The notes under the pieces are model-generated. The model saw nothing but the letters and a program-made list of their open reading frames with translations. It was not told where the DNA came from and did not search any database. A DNA stretch of 56,752 nucleotides, counting the filler, from Sluysia triapertura (Eukaryota): NCBI GenBank assembly GCA_046118255.1. It is 4 parts of 4 records of this genome, joined end to end, with 100 filler letters (N's around TTAATTAATTAA, not from the genome) between each part and the next. Parts side by side here need not be neighbours in the genome. Positions count along the whole stretch, not along the records: positions 17,303 to 30,751 come from JBJNIA010039140.1; positions 30,852 to 43,983 come from JBJNIA010057656.1; 2 more parts are not named here. The stretch is one strand, 5' to 3'. Position numbers and translations under genes: made by a program. Position 1 is the stretch's first letter; the number at the start of each line of letters is the position of its first letter. This document shows positions 26,280 to 39,069 of the stretch, piece after piece.

Positions 26280-26720
26280 TTTATTCTGTCATAATTGGTG
26301 CTTGATAATCTGATTGATAACTAATAACATGCTTAACTTCATAAATTGTGTGGTGGTACATGCAGTTCTTGAAGTATTTGCAACATTCGCCAGTTAGAGT
26401 GACTTCATAGATGCAGACTCAAATTTTTTTACGTTCAGTTATCTCAGTAAGATTACACACATACGTACAATCATGCCTATAAAATAATATTATTTACCGC
26501 GTTTATTAATAATGGTAGGCTTTTCTATATAAAGAAAGGAATGAACTTGAAAAAAATCACATTACGAATAGAAAGTATGAAAGAGTTCGCCTTTGATCTT
26601 AGACTTATGAGTTACGGCTAGTCCGAAAGATTTTAAATTTGCAATAATGCTAGAAGTCAAGTTTAATCACTAATTGTGAGTTTTCTTTTATGATAGATTC
26701 GTGTAATATTTATAAACTAT
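26280..26720 (-). pseudogene. Decayed ORF with CCCH-type zinc finger
   Basis: CNLTEITERKKI*VCIYEVTLTGECCKYFKNCMYHHTIYEV; aligns with 54405-54510. Confidence 0.6.
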
Positions 26721-27216
26721 GCGGCAGTCAATAATAAGGGTGGTGGCCAACCTTTTCATTCAAAATTTAAATCATTATTACACATATCTAATATCACATT
26801 TCTTAACATTTCATATTTTACTTGTACAGATTCAATAAAATTCTTTTACACCAAAACATTTTAAATTCACAATTCCATAACCTCAAAATCATAATCAACA
26901 TCGAAAATCAACAAATGTATTTCTAAGTTAATTCAAAATATTTTAAAATTCACAATTCTTCAACATTCAAATCATCGATATCATTCAAAAACATTAACTT
27001 TACATTTTAAAAGTTTGGTAAAACTTCATTACAATCAAAATGGAAATTCTTTAACATCTTTAACTACGGTATTACCTTTTTACTTTATCAGTACTATAGA
27101 AAGACTATAAAAAGATTATTTTCATAAGAGGTTTATACTTTTGCTATTTTTATTCTGTTTTGATATTTTAAAGAAAGATAAAAAGAAAATAAGTTTCATG
27201 TAATTTAATTTCGTGT

Positions 27217-27223
27217 ATTGTTA

Positions 27224-27281
<58 letters not shown>
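27217..27281. repeat. (TTA)n microsatellite
   Basis: Trinucleotide run. Confidence 0.95.
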
Positions 27282-27282
<1 letters not shown>

Positions 27283-27477
27283 GTATTTTAATTTTATTTC
27301 ACTATTATTAAATTTGATAATTATTATTCTCATTTTATTATTTTATCAACTTAATTTGTATTATTATTACTGTTATTATTTTCCATTCATTCTCATTTTT
27401 TGGCTCCTAACAACAATTATTATTATCAGTTTTTTATTCATTAAAATCATATTTTGTGTCTCCACAACTGTTTGCAA

Positions 27478-27720
27478 TGTCAGTAATGACAGTTTTCCAA
27501 TTATTTCGCATCACCTACTGTCATTACGGACAGTTACTATTAATTGAAACTCTTATATGAAGCTTGATTTTGATTGGCCATCGAATGGCATACATATTTT
27601 GTTGATTGTTTTGTGATGTCTCCACAAAAGTAATAGTTTCAATTCCTTGACCACTAATTATTGCCATAAATTGTCTCTCAGTCAATTTGTTATCAACCAA
27701 AAGTAATTGGACAACTAACC
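27478..27720 (+). promoter_or_regulatory. Stem-loop plus CCAAT-like boxes upstream of ORF 27837
   Basis: Arms 27478-27493 and 27517-27532 pair 15/16; tgattggcc and aattggac motifs follow. Confidence 0.5.
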
Positions 27721-27836
27721 TAAAAGATTACTTTAATAAATTACTAGAAATAAAGTAAAAAATAAATAAAATTTTTCACAATTATTTGAGATAATTACTT
27801 TAGTAGTTAACAGAAAGATTTTAATTTTTAATATAA

Positions 27837-28780
27837 ATGTTCAAATTATTAAAAATGACTTATAATGTTGAAAACTCAATTCATTGTAATTATAAAGCAT
27901 TTGTATTTTATTTAAAATTAAATCCATCACAAGAATCATTTGAGATTAAACAATTAATGATGAAAGAAACAAAAGCCTATTTCGATTCTCAGCTTGAAAA
28001 TTGTATAATTTCTCCATGTCGACATAAAACCCAAATAATAGACTTAGATTATTATTTTTTAGTAAAAAATAAATCTAGTTCTGCATATTTCATCGAGCTG
28101 ATGTCGAAAAGTGATAATATTAGTGTCAATTGTTTGAAACAAGCTCAAAATTCCAGTGAAGTACATACTTTAATAAATTTATATACTCATAATAATGCTA
28201 TGAAACTATGTGATTCGATTGATTCATTTATAAATTCTATAATAACTTTTATCGTTATTAGTCCATCGTTTTATACATTTCAATATTTAATTTGTCTGAT
28301 GCAACATTGTCTTCCCAGATTCTTATATATCAACTTTCGACACAAGTGTAAGATAATTCAAAAAGTAATTAAAACGAAATGATGTGCACTAATTCATTAA
28401 ATGTTAATCACTGTGTATCGGTACATAATTTAAATCCTTCCAATGTATATTTAATGCACTTCATAGCGGCAGACGTAACATCATCATGGATTTGTGTCTC
28501 CTTCACAAAAGTTATCTCATTCTTATGTATTGTACCCCGTAAAAAGAATACTCCAAATGATTATTTTAGATGTGGTATCTGTCTATATGGCATGTCACTT
28601 GATGGTGCTGGATACAAATACACACGCAAAATCTCAGAATTACAAAAGGATCCAAATGAAGAGCCTATCTTCTTCGATAATTCCCACCGTATCATACAAC
28701 TTATTTTCAGCTTAAGTTTCAAACCAGTTATTTCAAATTCTTACATTAATAGTGAATTAAGAAATGTTGTGTTACTCTAA
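27837..28780 (+). pseudogene. Frameshifted intronless ORF (~310 aa), possibly the CCCH-like family
   Basis: Two overlapping ORFs; PRKK...ICLYGMSLDGAGYKY resembles ERKK..VCIYEVTLTGECCKY. Confidence 0.45.
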
Positions 28781-30687
28781 TTATAAAGTGATTCTTTCGT
28801 TTTACAAAAGTTTTAACTATAAAGTTTTAACACGGCGAATGGACAGTAACGGTTTCCAACATCAACAATCATCACTCTCTTATAAACTTTAGAATAACAT
28901 TTTTTTAGTTACGTTCTAATCTATTTCATGTTTAATAAATGTTTCAATACTCATTTTCATTTGATTTCTAATAAAGTTTTTAATAATAAAATTTCAAGCA
29001 TGATTTTCTTAAGTATCAAATGTTTTCTATATAACAATTATTATCATTTAATCGATCAATGATCTCAATTTAACTTAAATTTTGAATTTGAATTTAAATA
29101 CTTGTACAGTTATAACTTAATAATAATGAAAATATTAATTTATCATCCAAAATAGGGTTTTTATAAAAATCTTATTTTCATTCTTATTTTATAAATGTCA
29201 AATTATGAATTGTTCTAGTGTTACGTAATTTCTTAAGGAGTATGCCTTTAATGGAAGTTGATTGTGTGTTTGGTTATTAATTGTGCATGATATTCTGATT
29301 CCGCTCTACGCGAGGTTATATTTAGTTTATATTCCTAACTTATTAATGGAATTACGATCCGTTTTTTACAGCGAGATTAATTATAAAATACACTTTATGT
29401 AGGATTATATTTAAACGTAACCCGAAATTAATGATATTATGATTACTTAATAGTAAGGATATTAAAAGGTTAAAACTGTATAATTTTGAATCTATTTTAT
29501 TCTTGATCTAATTTGAAGATATCAATACAATGTGAATTTTTTAAATAATGTAATGTATACGATTAACATAATTAAAACTTTATTAAAATTATCGAATACA
29601 ATAACTTGATCACTTCAGAAAAATCACGTTAAAAATAAATAAAATATTTGTAAAATTGATGCTGTGTGGATTCATACATAAGTTTGTCTCAATTATTATA
29701 TAAGTAATAATTGCAATATCAGAAAATTAACTAAAATTTTATGATAACAAAAAATTAAATCAGAATTTAAGTTTATTTTTTCACTTTTACTAAAACCGTG
29801 ATATTCCCATAAAATAAGAAACTAACGATTATGCCAAGAGAATAAAATCAGTTAAAATTTGGTCCTTATTATATTAACAATTCAGAAAGATGTTTATGAA
29901 AATTTGTCACGTAAATTCACGTAAACTGGTACAAAAAACACAATTTTTATATGTTCAGACAATATGAAATATTAATTTCAGTAGTAGTTTGCACTAACAA
30001 TTATTTGAAAATAATTGAAGGTCTTTTAAAACTAGTAATAGATCTAGTACTAAAAGTACTAGTATTCAAAATTATTATTATTTTAATAAAAAAATTTAAT
30101 AAATACTTAACAATTTATAATTATTTAAATAATTTATATAAATACAAAATCATCAGAATTCATAAAAACATAAAGTTCATAATTATAAAATCATAAAATG
30201 TAATTATACAGATTCATAAATATATCCACAATGCAAAGCACAAAATTTAAACTGACAATATTAAAGCCTTTATCACCATAATATAGTTCAGATGAATCAA
30301 CATAACATGTATTAACACATCTGCAGTGGATCTGATAAAATCCAATTATTCATTTTTTTCGCGTGCTTAAAATCACCACAATTAATATATCAATGCTAAG
30401 TGGTCGCTCATCTAAAAAATTTGATAAAATTTTAGTTAATAAAGTACCATTATGTATTTTGTATTATCATTTACAATTATATGATTTATAAATTGTGAAA
30501 TAGCTCGTCTTTGTGGTTCATCATGTATCTTTAAAGGAATTTGAATAGATTATGCTGCCATTTCGTTAATTTTTTTTAAATTATTGATTTATATTTTTAT
30601 TGAAACTAATTAATTTTTGTCATAGTTATAATAACTATAATAAGAATAATAAAATAATAAGAACAATCATTATAATAAAATAATATT

Positions 30688-30690
<3 letters not shown>

Positions 30691-30746
<56 letters not shown>
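30691..30746. repeat. (TAA)n microsatellite beside a gap
   Basis: Perfect trinucleotide run. Confidence 0.95.
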
Positions 30747-30749
<3 letters not shown>

Positions 30750-30751
30750 GA

Positions 30752-30851
30752 NNNNNNNNNNNNNNNNNNNNNNNNNNNNNNNNNNNNNNNNNNNNTTAAT
30801 TAATTAANNNNNNNNNNNNNNNNNNNNNNNNNNNNNNNNNNNNNNNNNNNN
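30752..30851. other. Assembly gap with artificial TTAATTAATTAA linker
   Basis: 100-nt N block with central linker. Confidence 0.97.
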
Positions 30852-31653
30852 TGTGAGAGAATGTTTGGTTGTGAGATTGTGAATTGATTGGATGATGAGA
30901 GAGTATAAAATAAAGATTTCTAAATTTTAACGCACAATAACACCAATAATGACGACGACAACAACAATGATGATAGATATGGAAATCCAAGCATCGAGTA
31001 AAGTTTTTAATTTTTATTTATTTATTATTTTATTAAAAATAATAAAAGTAATTAATTTTATTTCAATTTGAATAATTTTAATATTGCTACCAAACATTGT
31101 AGCAACGAGTGGTTATAACAGCAATAACAATAGTTGTAACAGTAATCACAAAATTATTATAACAATTTAGTATTATTATGACAATAATTATTATTATTGT
31201 GATAACAATTATGATAATAATAATTGTAAAATTATAGTAATCATAAATTATTACGACCGTGCTTAATTTTTGTATAAACTGAATAATATGTTTAGTAATT
31301 TATTTTGTAAGATGTGTCGATTTGTGCAGGTGTTTGCTTGTGATTATTATGAGTTTATTTGTAGTTCACTGCAAGTATAAAGTAACATTCACAGTTAATA
31401 ATAAAAATTTATGCAGAACGTTCTCAATTCTTTACAAAAATTTAAATCACGGACAAATGAATAGTTTTTTTAGCAATACTAAATATTCATTTAAACAAGA
31501 ATATTCTAGTTTCCAAATAGATTGGTTTTCTCCGAATTATACGATCCAGAAATGGTATAATTGGTTTCGTTTGTTGCAAACAGTTGGTTTTATCAGTTGC
31601 TGTTTGTGTGTTCAAAACTAATTTTACCATTCATCTCCTCTTAACTATGAAAC

Positions 31654-31812
31654 TGTTAGACTTCATAAAATGGACTGACCGGGGATCGAACCCGGGACCA
31701 TCGTCTGCGCAGTCCGACTGCTCTAGCACTGAGCTATCAGCCCCGTCTAACAATTTCATGTTTAATATATTCAATTATACTACTTGGCACTTTTAGGCCT
31801 TTTACCCCAACA
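31654..31812 (-). mobile_element. tRNA-bearing TG...CA element, copy A (159 bp, exact 4-bp TSD AAAC)
   Basis: Minus strand TGTTGGGG...TGTTAGAC-[tRNA-like 31671-31743]-TTTT...GTCTAACA; aaac on both flanks. Confidence 0.9.
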
Positions 31813-32339
31813 AAACATCTTTCTCTAAGCATTATACTAAAAGTAAAAAAATTGTTTCAATGACTTGTAATTTTTTTAATTTAATTAATTGTGTGACAAA
31901 CATCCTCTCTATTATGTTATTTAACATCTATGTATTAAAATTTGATAATGCATTTGTTGTTTATTTCTATTTTATTGTCAAGTTTTATTTTGATTATTAC
32001 GTAAAAGTCAATTTAATCATTAAATGTAAAATAAAAAAATCGTAAAATAAAACCGCATTACATTTTAACCGAGTCTTTAGTGCAAGGTAAACTTAAAATT
32101 AACAATATTAATTATACATTACGTAAATCATTACCAAACTAACCACAAACATTGGCTTAAAAATAAAATTTTAGTAAGATTTCTGAAGATTTTGTAAGAT
32201 TCAATCAATGTTTGATACTACTGTTTTGAAGCAGTTTCCTTACAGCATAAGTACTAATTGTTACAATAAGTTTCTTTTTTGTAGAAGAAATTCATGTTTT
32301 TTATAAGGGTAAATTTCAACATTTATACACTTTAGAAAA

Positions 32340-34074
32340 AATTCCACCATATCTACACAATCAAAATAATGAAATTCAAGAGGTGATAATCACGCAACAA
32401 CAACACATTAGGCAAAAAGGTAATAAGCACGCAATAATCATACCACCTCCTAATTATCATCCTGGGTTGTCAAAATCTCAGAAGCATAATAGACGTCGCC
32501 GTCAAATAAGACGTCTCCATAAAAAGGCAAAACTATATAAAAAAGATAAAATAATCAATCCTTTTCTTAAAACGAAACGTACTTAAGCTTTTTATTATTC
32601 CTAAAATAAGTAGATTATTTTAATTAAGAAATAAAATAGAAAAATAAACTAACAATTAAATTATTCTATATATTTTTTTATGTACTCTTTTTATTTTCTT
32701 AAAATATATACTATTTTGTTCAGATCGAGAAATGACTCAGCCTCATGCAAAATTATCAACAACATTTCTTCTTTCTATAATGGTATTGACGGCTTCTGTG
32801 GTCAGAATGACACACCTGCTATTTTCTTTAACTTTAAAACAACCCCCAATACTTTAAAATGTGAACTTGATGAACCATTTATAACCCACCTGTTTCACGT
32901 GAACAAAGTAGACGCCCCATTCGTCTTAAATACACTACAAGGATATCCCACTAATGATAGACCCATCTTAAGAGCAGCAGCAAAGGAGAATTTTAGGGTC
33001 TCTCTATTTGTTGATTTCGTTCCTCTACAAATACGAGTACAAAGTTTCTCATCTTTGTACATCACTAAGGCCTCAGATAAATGTAAGATTTATGTCGAGT
33101 TGCATTCTACATTCGCAGTCTTATTTGCGCTGGAAGAGCAGCAATTAGATATAAGAAATCACCCTATATTATATGATTCAGACAAAGAAAATATCTATAA
33201 ATGGGAAGAATGTGTAACTTTTACACACACGCCTCACATCTCTATATCGAATAAATCTAGTTTAATGTTTATATCAGTGCAATTAGCCTTAGATTTTAAA
33301 GACATACATCAAGTTATAAGAGCTTGCTTGATGAATTATCACCAGGCTTTCCATTCTACTGAGACTATCCGTCCTAGGATGAGGATCAAAAATTTTTTAT
33401 CCATAGATCATAAATTGCGGGAGGATGACGTAAAGGACGCATAGGACATAGATGAAATAAGAAAGTTCTGGCTAATGTCATACGATAAGATTTTAGTTTC
33501 TTTTTGCCCTGATATAATTATAAGAACCTTCAGAATTCCTTACGGTTGGTTAAGGGGTATAGTCAACTTAACCTGTACCAATCAAGTCTGTCATACTTCT
33601 GCGAATCCTGTAAGTAGAACTCGAAGAGTTTTACAATTATTATATTCATTTACACCGCGTTCTTTTAATTGCGAACAATTGGAACGTGATTCCTACCACA
33701 GTTGGTTATAAATAAAAATCAATGTCTAGTACCCTGTTCTTCTTCTCTATAAACATACTACAAAATCTTTCTTCAAACACGATCTGCACACACGACAGTC
33801 ACATTACATTTAAATATGCCACATCAATACCCCATGAAAATATCAGACATAAACAGGCAGAATCTGAAGATGACGTCAGAACTATCAAAAGGCGCAAATC
33901 AAATTCAGTAGATCTTGATGACAGCGACTGCGAGTCCATCCAATCCGATTTCCAACACGTTTTTGGAAACCATGGGAACATATTAGAAGATGAATATTTT
34001 GATTGTATGGATATTATCGACCTGACGAATTAATGATAACAAAATGGGGACCGATTTTTTTGATCGGGGAGTAG
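32340..34074 (+). mobile_element. 3' end of a Ty3/Gypsy-like LTR retrotransposon: basic pol tail, extra ORF, PPT
   Basis: Tail PPPNYHPGLSKSQKHNRRRRQIRR matches the integrase tail at 40340-40480; PPT ggggac...ggggagtag directly precedes TGTTGTG. Confidence 0.75.
32724..34033 (+). pseudogene. Extra ORF (~440 aa) of unknown function in the Gypsy-like element
   Basis: Follows acceptor ttttgttcAG; two in-frame stops and a frameshift; homologous to 39070-40244 (minus). Confidence 0.7.
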
Positions 34075-35098
34075 TGTTGTGTATGTATATTTGATAATCA
34101 TTTATTATTATGTGTTTGTGTATTAGTTTTAATTATTGATTATTTTAACGATTATTAATAACAATTATTATCTCAGAATTTTTGGAATTATTTAATTATC
34201 CTTTATCTTAATGTAAGTAAAAATTTACTATTTAATAAATATATATTATAAAATAAAATATTAAAATTAACCTTTAACTTAACATAAAAATTTACCATTT
34301 AAATAAAATATTATAAAATAACTTAAAATATTAAAACTATTGTTTTAAATTGGCCTCAAGGTCATTTAAAACTATATATAAATGCAAAAGTTTCTACACA
34401 GCATACACAGTTTTTCGGTTTTTCAGTTTTTTATAACAAGCTTTTCACAGTCAACTGACCTACTGTTTGGACACAATTTTTGAATTTTGAAGTACTCTCT
34501 CGTCGGACAATTTTTGACTATTTCTCATTCGTATTAGAATAAGTTTTTGTTAATTTATTTTATATAAGATTGATGCACTTGTGTATCGTACGTAACATAC
34601 AACTTAAAATCTATTTAACAATAATTCGGAATCCCATAACGATTCCCATGCAAAATACGTTTTTCTTTTAAAAAATTTTACATAAGATAAAGGACTAACT
34701 TTATTATATTTATTATATTATTTTATATTTATTATATTTTGTATAAATTTTTGGTTAATAAAACTTACAAAATATACGACTTGTTATTTGATATTCATTA
34801 AATTCTATAGATTTTGTCAGAATTTGATTCTGACCAAGAAAAATACATTAATTACGAATCCCTTTATAGGATTCTACAAAAAATATTATCTAAATTGCTT
34901 ACTTGAAATTATTTGTATAAAATACCTACCTCCAGAGGTTGACTTATTAAACACTCAGATTTGTGTTAAATTATTTCATTAACCTTTTTAATCGAAATCC
35001 AACGGTTGGGCATAGCAGGTAAGTCCAGTACGTTGGTGAACTCACAGTTTTAACTTAAACTTTTATTCTATTTACTTAACTTTATTTCGCTCACAATA
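34075..35098 (+). mobile_element. Probable 3' LTR (TGTTGTG...CACAATA) interrupted by an insertion at 34536-35069
   Basis: Starts at the PPT; TATA-like ctatatataaa near 34372; end is a near inverted repeat of the start. Confidence 0.55.
34536..35069 (-). mobile_element. AGAATAA...TTATTCT element, complete copy 4 (534 bp)
   Basis: 7-bp terminal inverted repeat, ATT on both flanks; core motif at 34995-35045; internal dyads gaatccct-ttat-agggattc and tcagaat-ttg-attctga. Confidence 0.75.
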
Positions 35099-35279
35099 GT
35101 TTAGTTTATTATAACAGTTTATGTGTTGAAGATTTTTTTTATTTTGAGTCTTGTAATTTGTGTGATATGAGTTGAAGTTGTGCAATGTCAAGAGTATTAG
35201 CGAATGACTTTTATATAAATATGTAACTGTACGTGGGAATACAAGTACAGTATATGACAGAGAGACCACAAGAATGGCA

Positions 35280-35918
35280 CTGGATATTGATAATTTTCAG
35301 CAAGAATGACAGTTGCTACACCATTCTGAACCCTCTAACTACCTGATCCTACTTGCACTTTACATCAGTAATGTTGTATCTACCCATACATCACTAACAA
35401 TATACCCAGTACCACAAAATTACAGGTATCGACCAATATCCTCCACAGATTGGACCAACTGATTTCGACCCTATATATGTGATGCTGCATTACAATACAA
35501 ACGAAATCCTAAACTAAGAAACCTTATCACGCCTGACATCCAAACAACCAGGTAGTTCATATACAATATCGTGGCCCAACAGATCAACCCATCTTCGAAA
35601 ATCAAACCTAAACAACCACCTCCTTCAATCCAATCCCTATACAACAAACTCCAAAACACTAGTGACAACCCGATAGATAAAATATTCCAATCCATATATG
35701 ATGTTATCCAACAGATTAAGCCACCCAAATTCCCAAACATTATGGCCCAACACAAAAGAGGCTTGCAACGCGAATCATTACAACCCAGCTTGGATAAGAT
35801 CTTCGCTAAAATCCAAGCCAAAGCATTCCATATAATTACTGGAATAGCCAACTTACCTATCAATCCCATACCAGAGGAAATCTGCCAGTACTACAGTACC
35901 ACCGTTCGACTCACTTAA
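35280..35918 (+). pseudogene. C/A-rich decayed coding-like segment, possibly retroelement-derived
   Basis: 115-aa Pro/Gln/Lys-rich ORF with composition like the nearby retroelement relics; no diagnostic motif. Confidence 0.25.
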
Positions 35919-36299
35919 AGTCACTCAGCTTCCAGTATTTCTATTTATCACACAAAAGTAATAATCATTCATCTTTAACTTGGGATCAGCGAATAATTTT
36001 CTTTTTATGTACGACAAATTATATTTGAATGAATTGATATAAGCTTCAAATAATTTAATATGATGGAACGAAATCTAGATACTTGAAATGATATTAGTTT
36101 TGTTTTTATAAAACAATTTAAAATTTTTATGAATTATGACTCTGGTTCAAATAAGTTCAACCTTTCATACTAGTTTTTAAGTCCCATTGGACGAAGTCAA
36201 GCTTTTCAGATATAAATTTCTGATGATTCATTCATTCGATGAAAATAATTATCGATAAAACGAATATATAACAAAAATAAACGAAAAATCTTTATTGCG

Positions 36300-37090
36300 C
36301 ACTACTTAATTATCCAATCATACTTCTTCACTCTGTGATTCATTTTTGATAACTTTCAAATTATTGTTTAATATTTGATGCAGTTTTGAATTTAGATTTA
36401 GGTTGTCGAGCTTGGCCTCTGCGTGCTAATATTGTCATACTCAAATGAGTTAGATATTATGTCTGTGTAGTGAATCGTGCATTTCTCTTAACATTCTTAA
36501 ACACGATTGTATGATAACATGATAACTCATTTTGTTGACTTGCAAAGAATGTTTCTAATACCAAATTACGTTCTCGATCGAATAAACTAATTAGTTGAAT
36601 GGATTCTTGGCATGGAAGTATATTCTGAAAATCGCATTTATTTCTGACAATCTTATTGAGAATTGATTGTAAATTATCATAATAAATTCTATAATCTGAA
36701 TCCCGTTGCATTTCTTCACAATACATTTTATATATCTACAAATCTGGGTATGATCGATTTTCATTAATTGATTTTCACGTTCAAAAACACTTCTAGTAAT
36801 ATCTGAAACGGGTATTTCACTTATTTCAATGTGCAAACCTTTTTCATACGATGCAATAGGTGCAAAATTACCAATTGGAATATGAATATAAGGATAAGAT
36901 ACTAAATTGGTTTGTAATACTGATATATCAAAATTAAGTACACCCTCGAAACTGAACTAATTAATTGTGCTACGATACGATTTATTGAATTATACGTTGG
37001 TGTGGTTGCTTCAGCGAATTTATTACATATTTTAAACATAGCTTCGACTCTATTAAAAATGATTGGCACCACACGTACATAAAAAAACAA
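36300..37090 (-). pseudogene. Interrupted intronless ORF of unknown function
   Basis: Three colinear ORF pieces; weak resemblance (FK...RF...LTHL) to the 21-kb ORF. Confidence 0.3.
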
Positions 37091-37419
37091 AAGAATAAAA
37101 AGAAAGGTTGATGATAAAGATAAAGAATAATAATGATAAAAATAACATAATTATTATATGTTTTAAAATAATGATATTGTTGATGTTAATATGAAAGTTA
37201 ATATGTTGTAATCGTGGCAATTATATTATACGACAATAATCTTAATAATTATTATATATTTTGATTAGATCTGTAATAACAATAGCTATAGTTCATGATG
37301 ATTATGTACAATGGTTATGTTTGTTTTTTGAATGAGTCAAGTAGTTTGATTAATGTTCTATGTATGTATGCAATGTTTTTATGTGATGAAGCATGGATAT
37401 TTTGATTTGATTTCCATAC

Positions 37420-39030
37420 ACCTCACCATTCTCAAATGTTGCAAGCGCTCATCACCATGTCAAAACCAAATAACATTCGAGAATTTAAATGGTATCGATC
37501 CCACTGGTCAACTGCTAGCCCTACTTTTTAGTAGAATCCTGGTCAACCAAAAGGTCTCGACTGCCTGGAAGAACTACAACACTGTACTGATAATCAAGCC
37601 AATAAATATGACTTGGAGCAAGACGTCGCTTCATGGAGACCTTCAGCTATAGTGGACTGCAGCTACAGAGTCTTTGCTAAGATCTTGAATGACCGGTTAC
37701 TGGCATGGGTCAAAAGTGCAACCTCATCAGTACACACCAAGCTGCTCTTCTTCATTCAGATGGATGCACAGAGCACAACTTCCTACTCCACCCACTTAGA
37801 GAAATAGTGGAGTCGATAAATCACAGAAAATCGCTCAAAATCGAATTACACAGTCTTCCTCGACTTAGTTCAGTGCCGCACAATCTGATAAGGCATACAC
37901 TCTCAAGTATGGGACTCTAACACCAAACCCCGAACATCCTGAAGGACCTATACCAAGACAGCAGTACCACTACTTACAAACCCGTACCGATCATGTATGG
38001 AGTGAAACAAGGATTTCCATTATCCATTAAACTATTCTGTCTGTCAATAGACTATCAGTTTCGCCAGTTCACTGATAATGACTACATCAAAATAACTGAC
38101 GACCTGAAATTTCCTCCATACCTGGCACATACTGACGACATAGCCCTCATCGGCACTACCTTCAATAGACTACAACAAATTGTGAACGAAATTGTCCGGC
38201 CTACGAAATGCTTCTACTACAACATTCCCGACTCGAGTTATTCACCACTAATCGAAATTACTCCGATTCCCTGTGTCACCAACGTGATGTGTCAGAACGT
38301 GATGTGTGCGTTAAGACTATTCAATACTCATACACCGATGATACGCACACTGGCACATCGGGAAGTTATACGGATAGCCAGAAGCCGGATGAATGGAGAT
38401 TGTGTGGATCTGACCCAAGCTCTTACGTGGCTCAATGGAAGTCCTACTGATAAACGCGCTAGGTTGCAAACATGGTGGTTGAAAATCTGAATTTCTATTA
38501 AGAACTTGAAACGAAAATACGGATCTCTGTTTCATTCATCTGCTCTGACAACTACAATGTCCAACTATCACTGAGTCGGACATACTTGGCGACAACCGAA
38601 TCATCATTAACCACAAAGTCGGCACTTGCAATACGAGCTGATCAGCACTTGCAATACCAAGTGCCAGGGTATCTATGTCGACTCTCTCATGCAGTACCCA
38701 CTTTCCAACCAATCCCTGTCACTTGAACCGGAAAATAATGCATGGATGTTTATGATCAAGGCCCGGAACAGTATCATTAGTCTTAATTTCAGTCCACGGA
38801 ACATACGTCTCCATCTGCCAGTATCATGTCGATGGTGTGGCTTCTGTTAGACTTCGTAAAATGGACTGACCGGGGATCGAACCCGGGACCATCGTCTATG
38901 CTCTACAACTGAGCTATCAGCCCCGTCTAACAATTTCATTTTTATTAAATTCAATTTTACCAAATGGCACTTTTAAGCCTTTTACCCCAATATTTCCCTT
39001 TCTGAAAGATTTGTCCATAAATCGTAAAAG
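37420..39030 (+). mobile_element. Decayed R2/NeSL/Utopia-like (RLE-type) non-LTR retrotransposon
   Basis: AWKNYNTVLIIKP, SWRPSAI..CSYRVFAKILNDRL, DGCTEHNFLL, SVPHNLI, GVKQGFPLS..LF, LAHTDDIALI, WMFMIKARN, CRWCG; zinc knuckle interrupted by tRNA element copy B. Confidence 0.9.
38845..38992 (-). mobile_element. tRNA-bearing TG...CA element, copy B (anticodon arm partly deleted)
   Basis: Aligns with copy A; flanks cttc/tttc. Confidence 0.9.
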
Positions 39031-39069
39031 ATAAAAATAAAGTGTTAATTAAAAACGTTAAATCACTGT

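Noticed and set aside
27218-27547. Poly-Ile ORF, and the poly-Tyr tail of ORF 9922-10167
   Set aside because: Products of (TTA)n/(TAA)n microsatellites.
38993-39003. Purine tract AGAAAGGGAAA abutting copy B, suggesting the tRNA element is the 3' LTR of the Gypsy at 39-41 kb
   Set aside because: Copy B has a near-perfect TSD, the non-LTR zinc-knuckle motif continues across it, and the related Gypsy at 32-35 kb has a different LTR.
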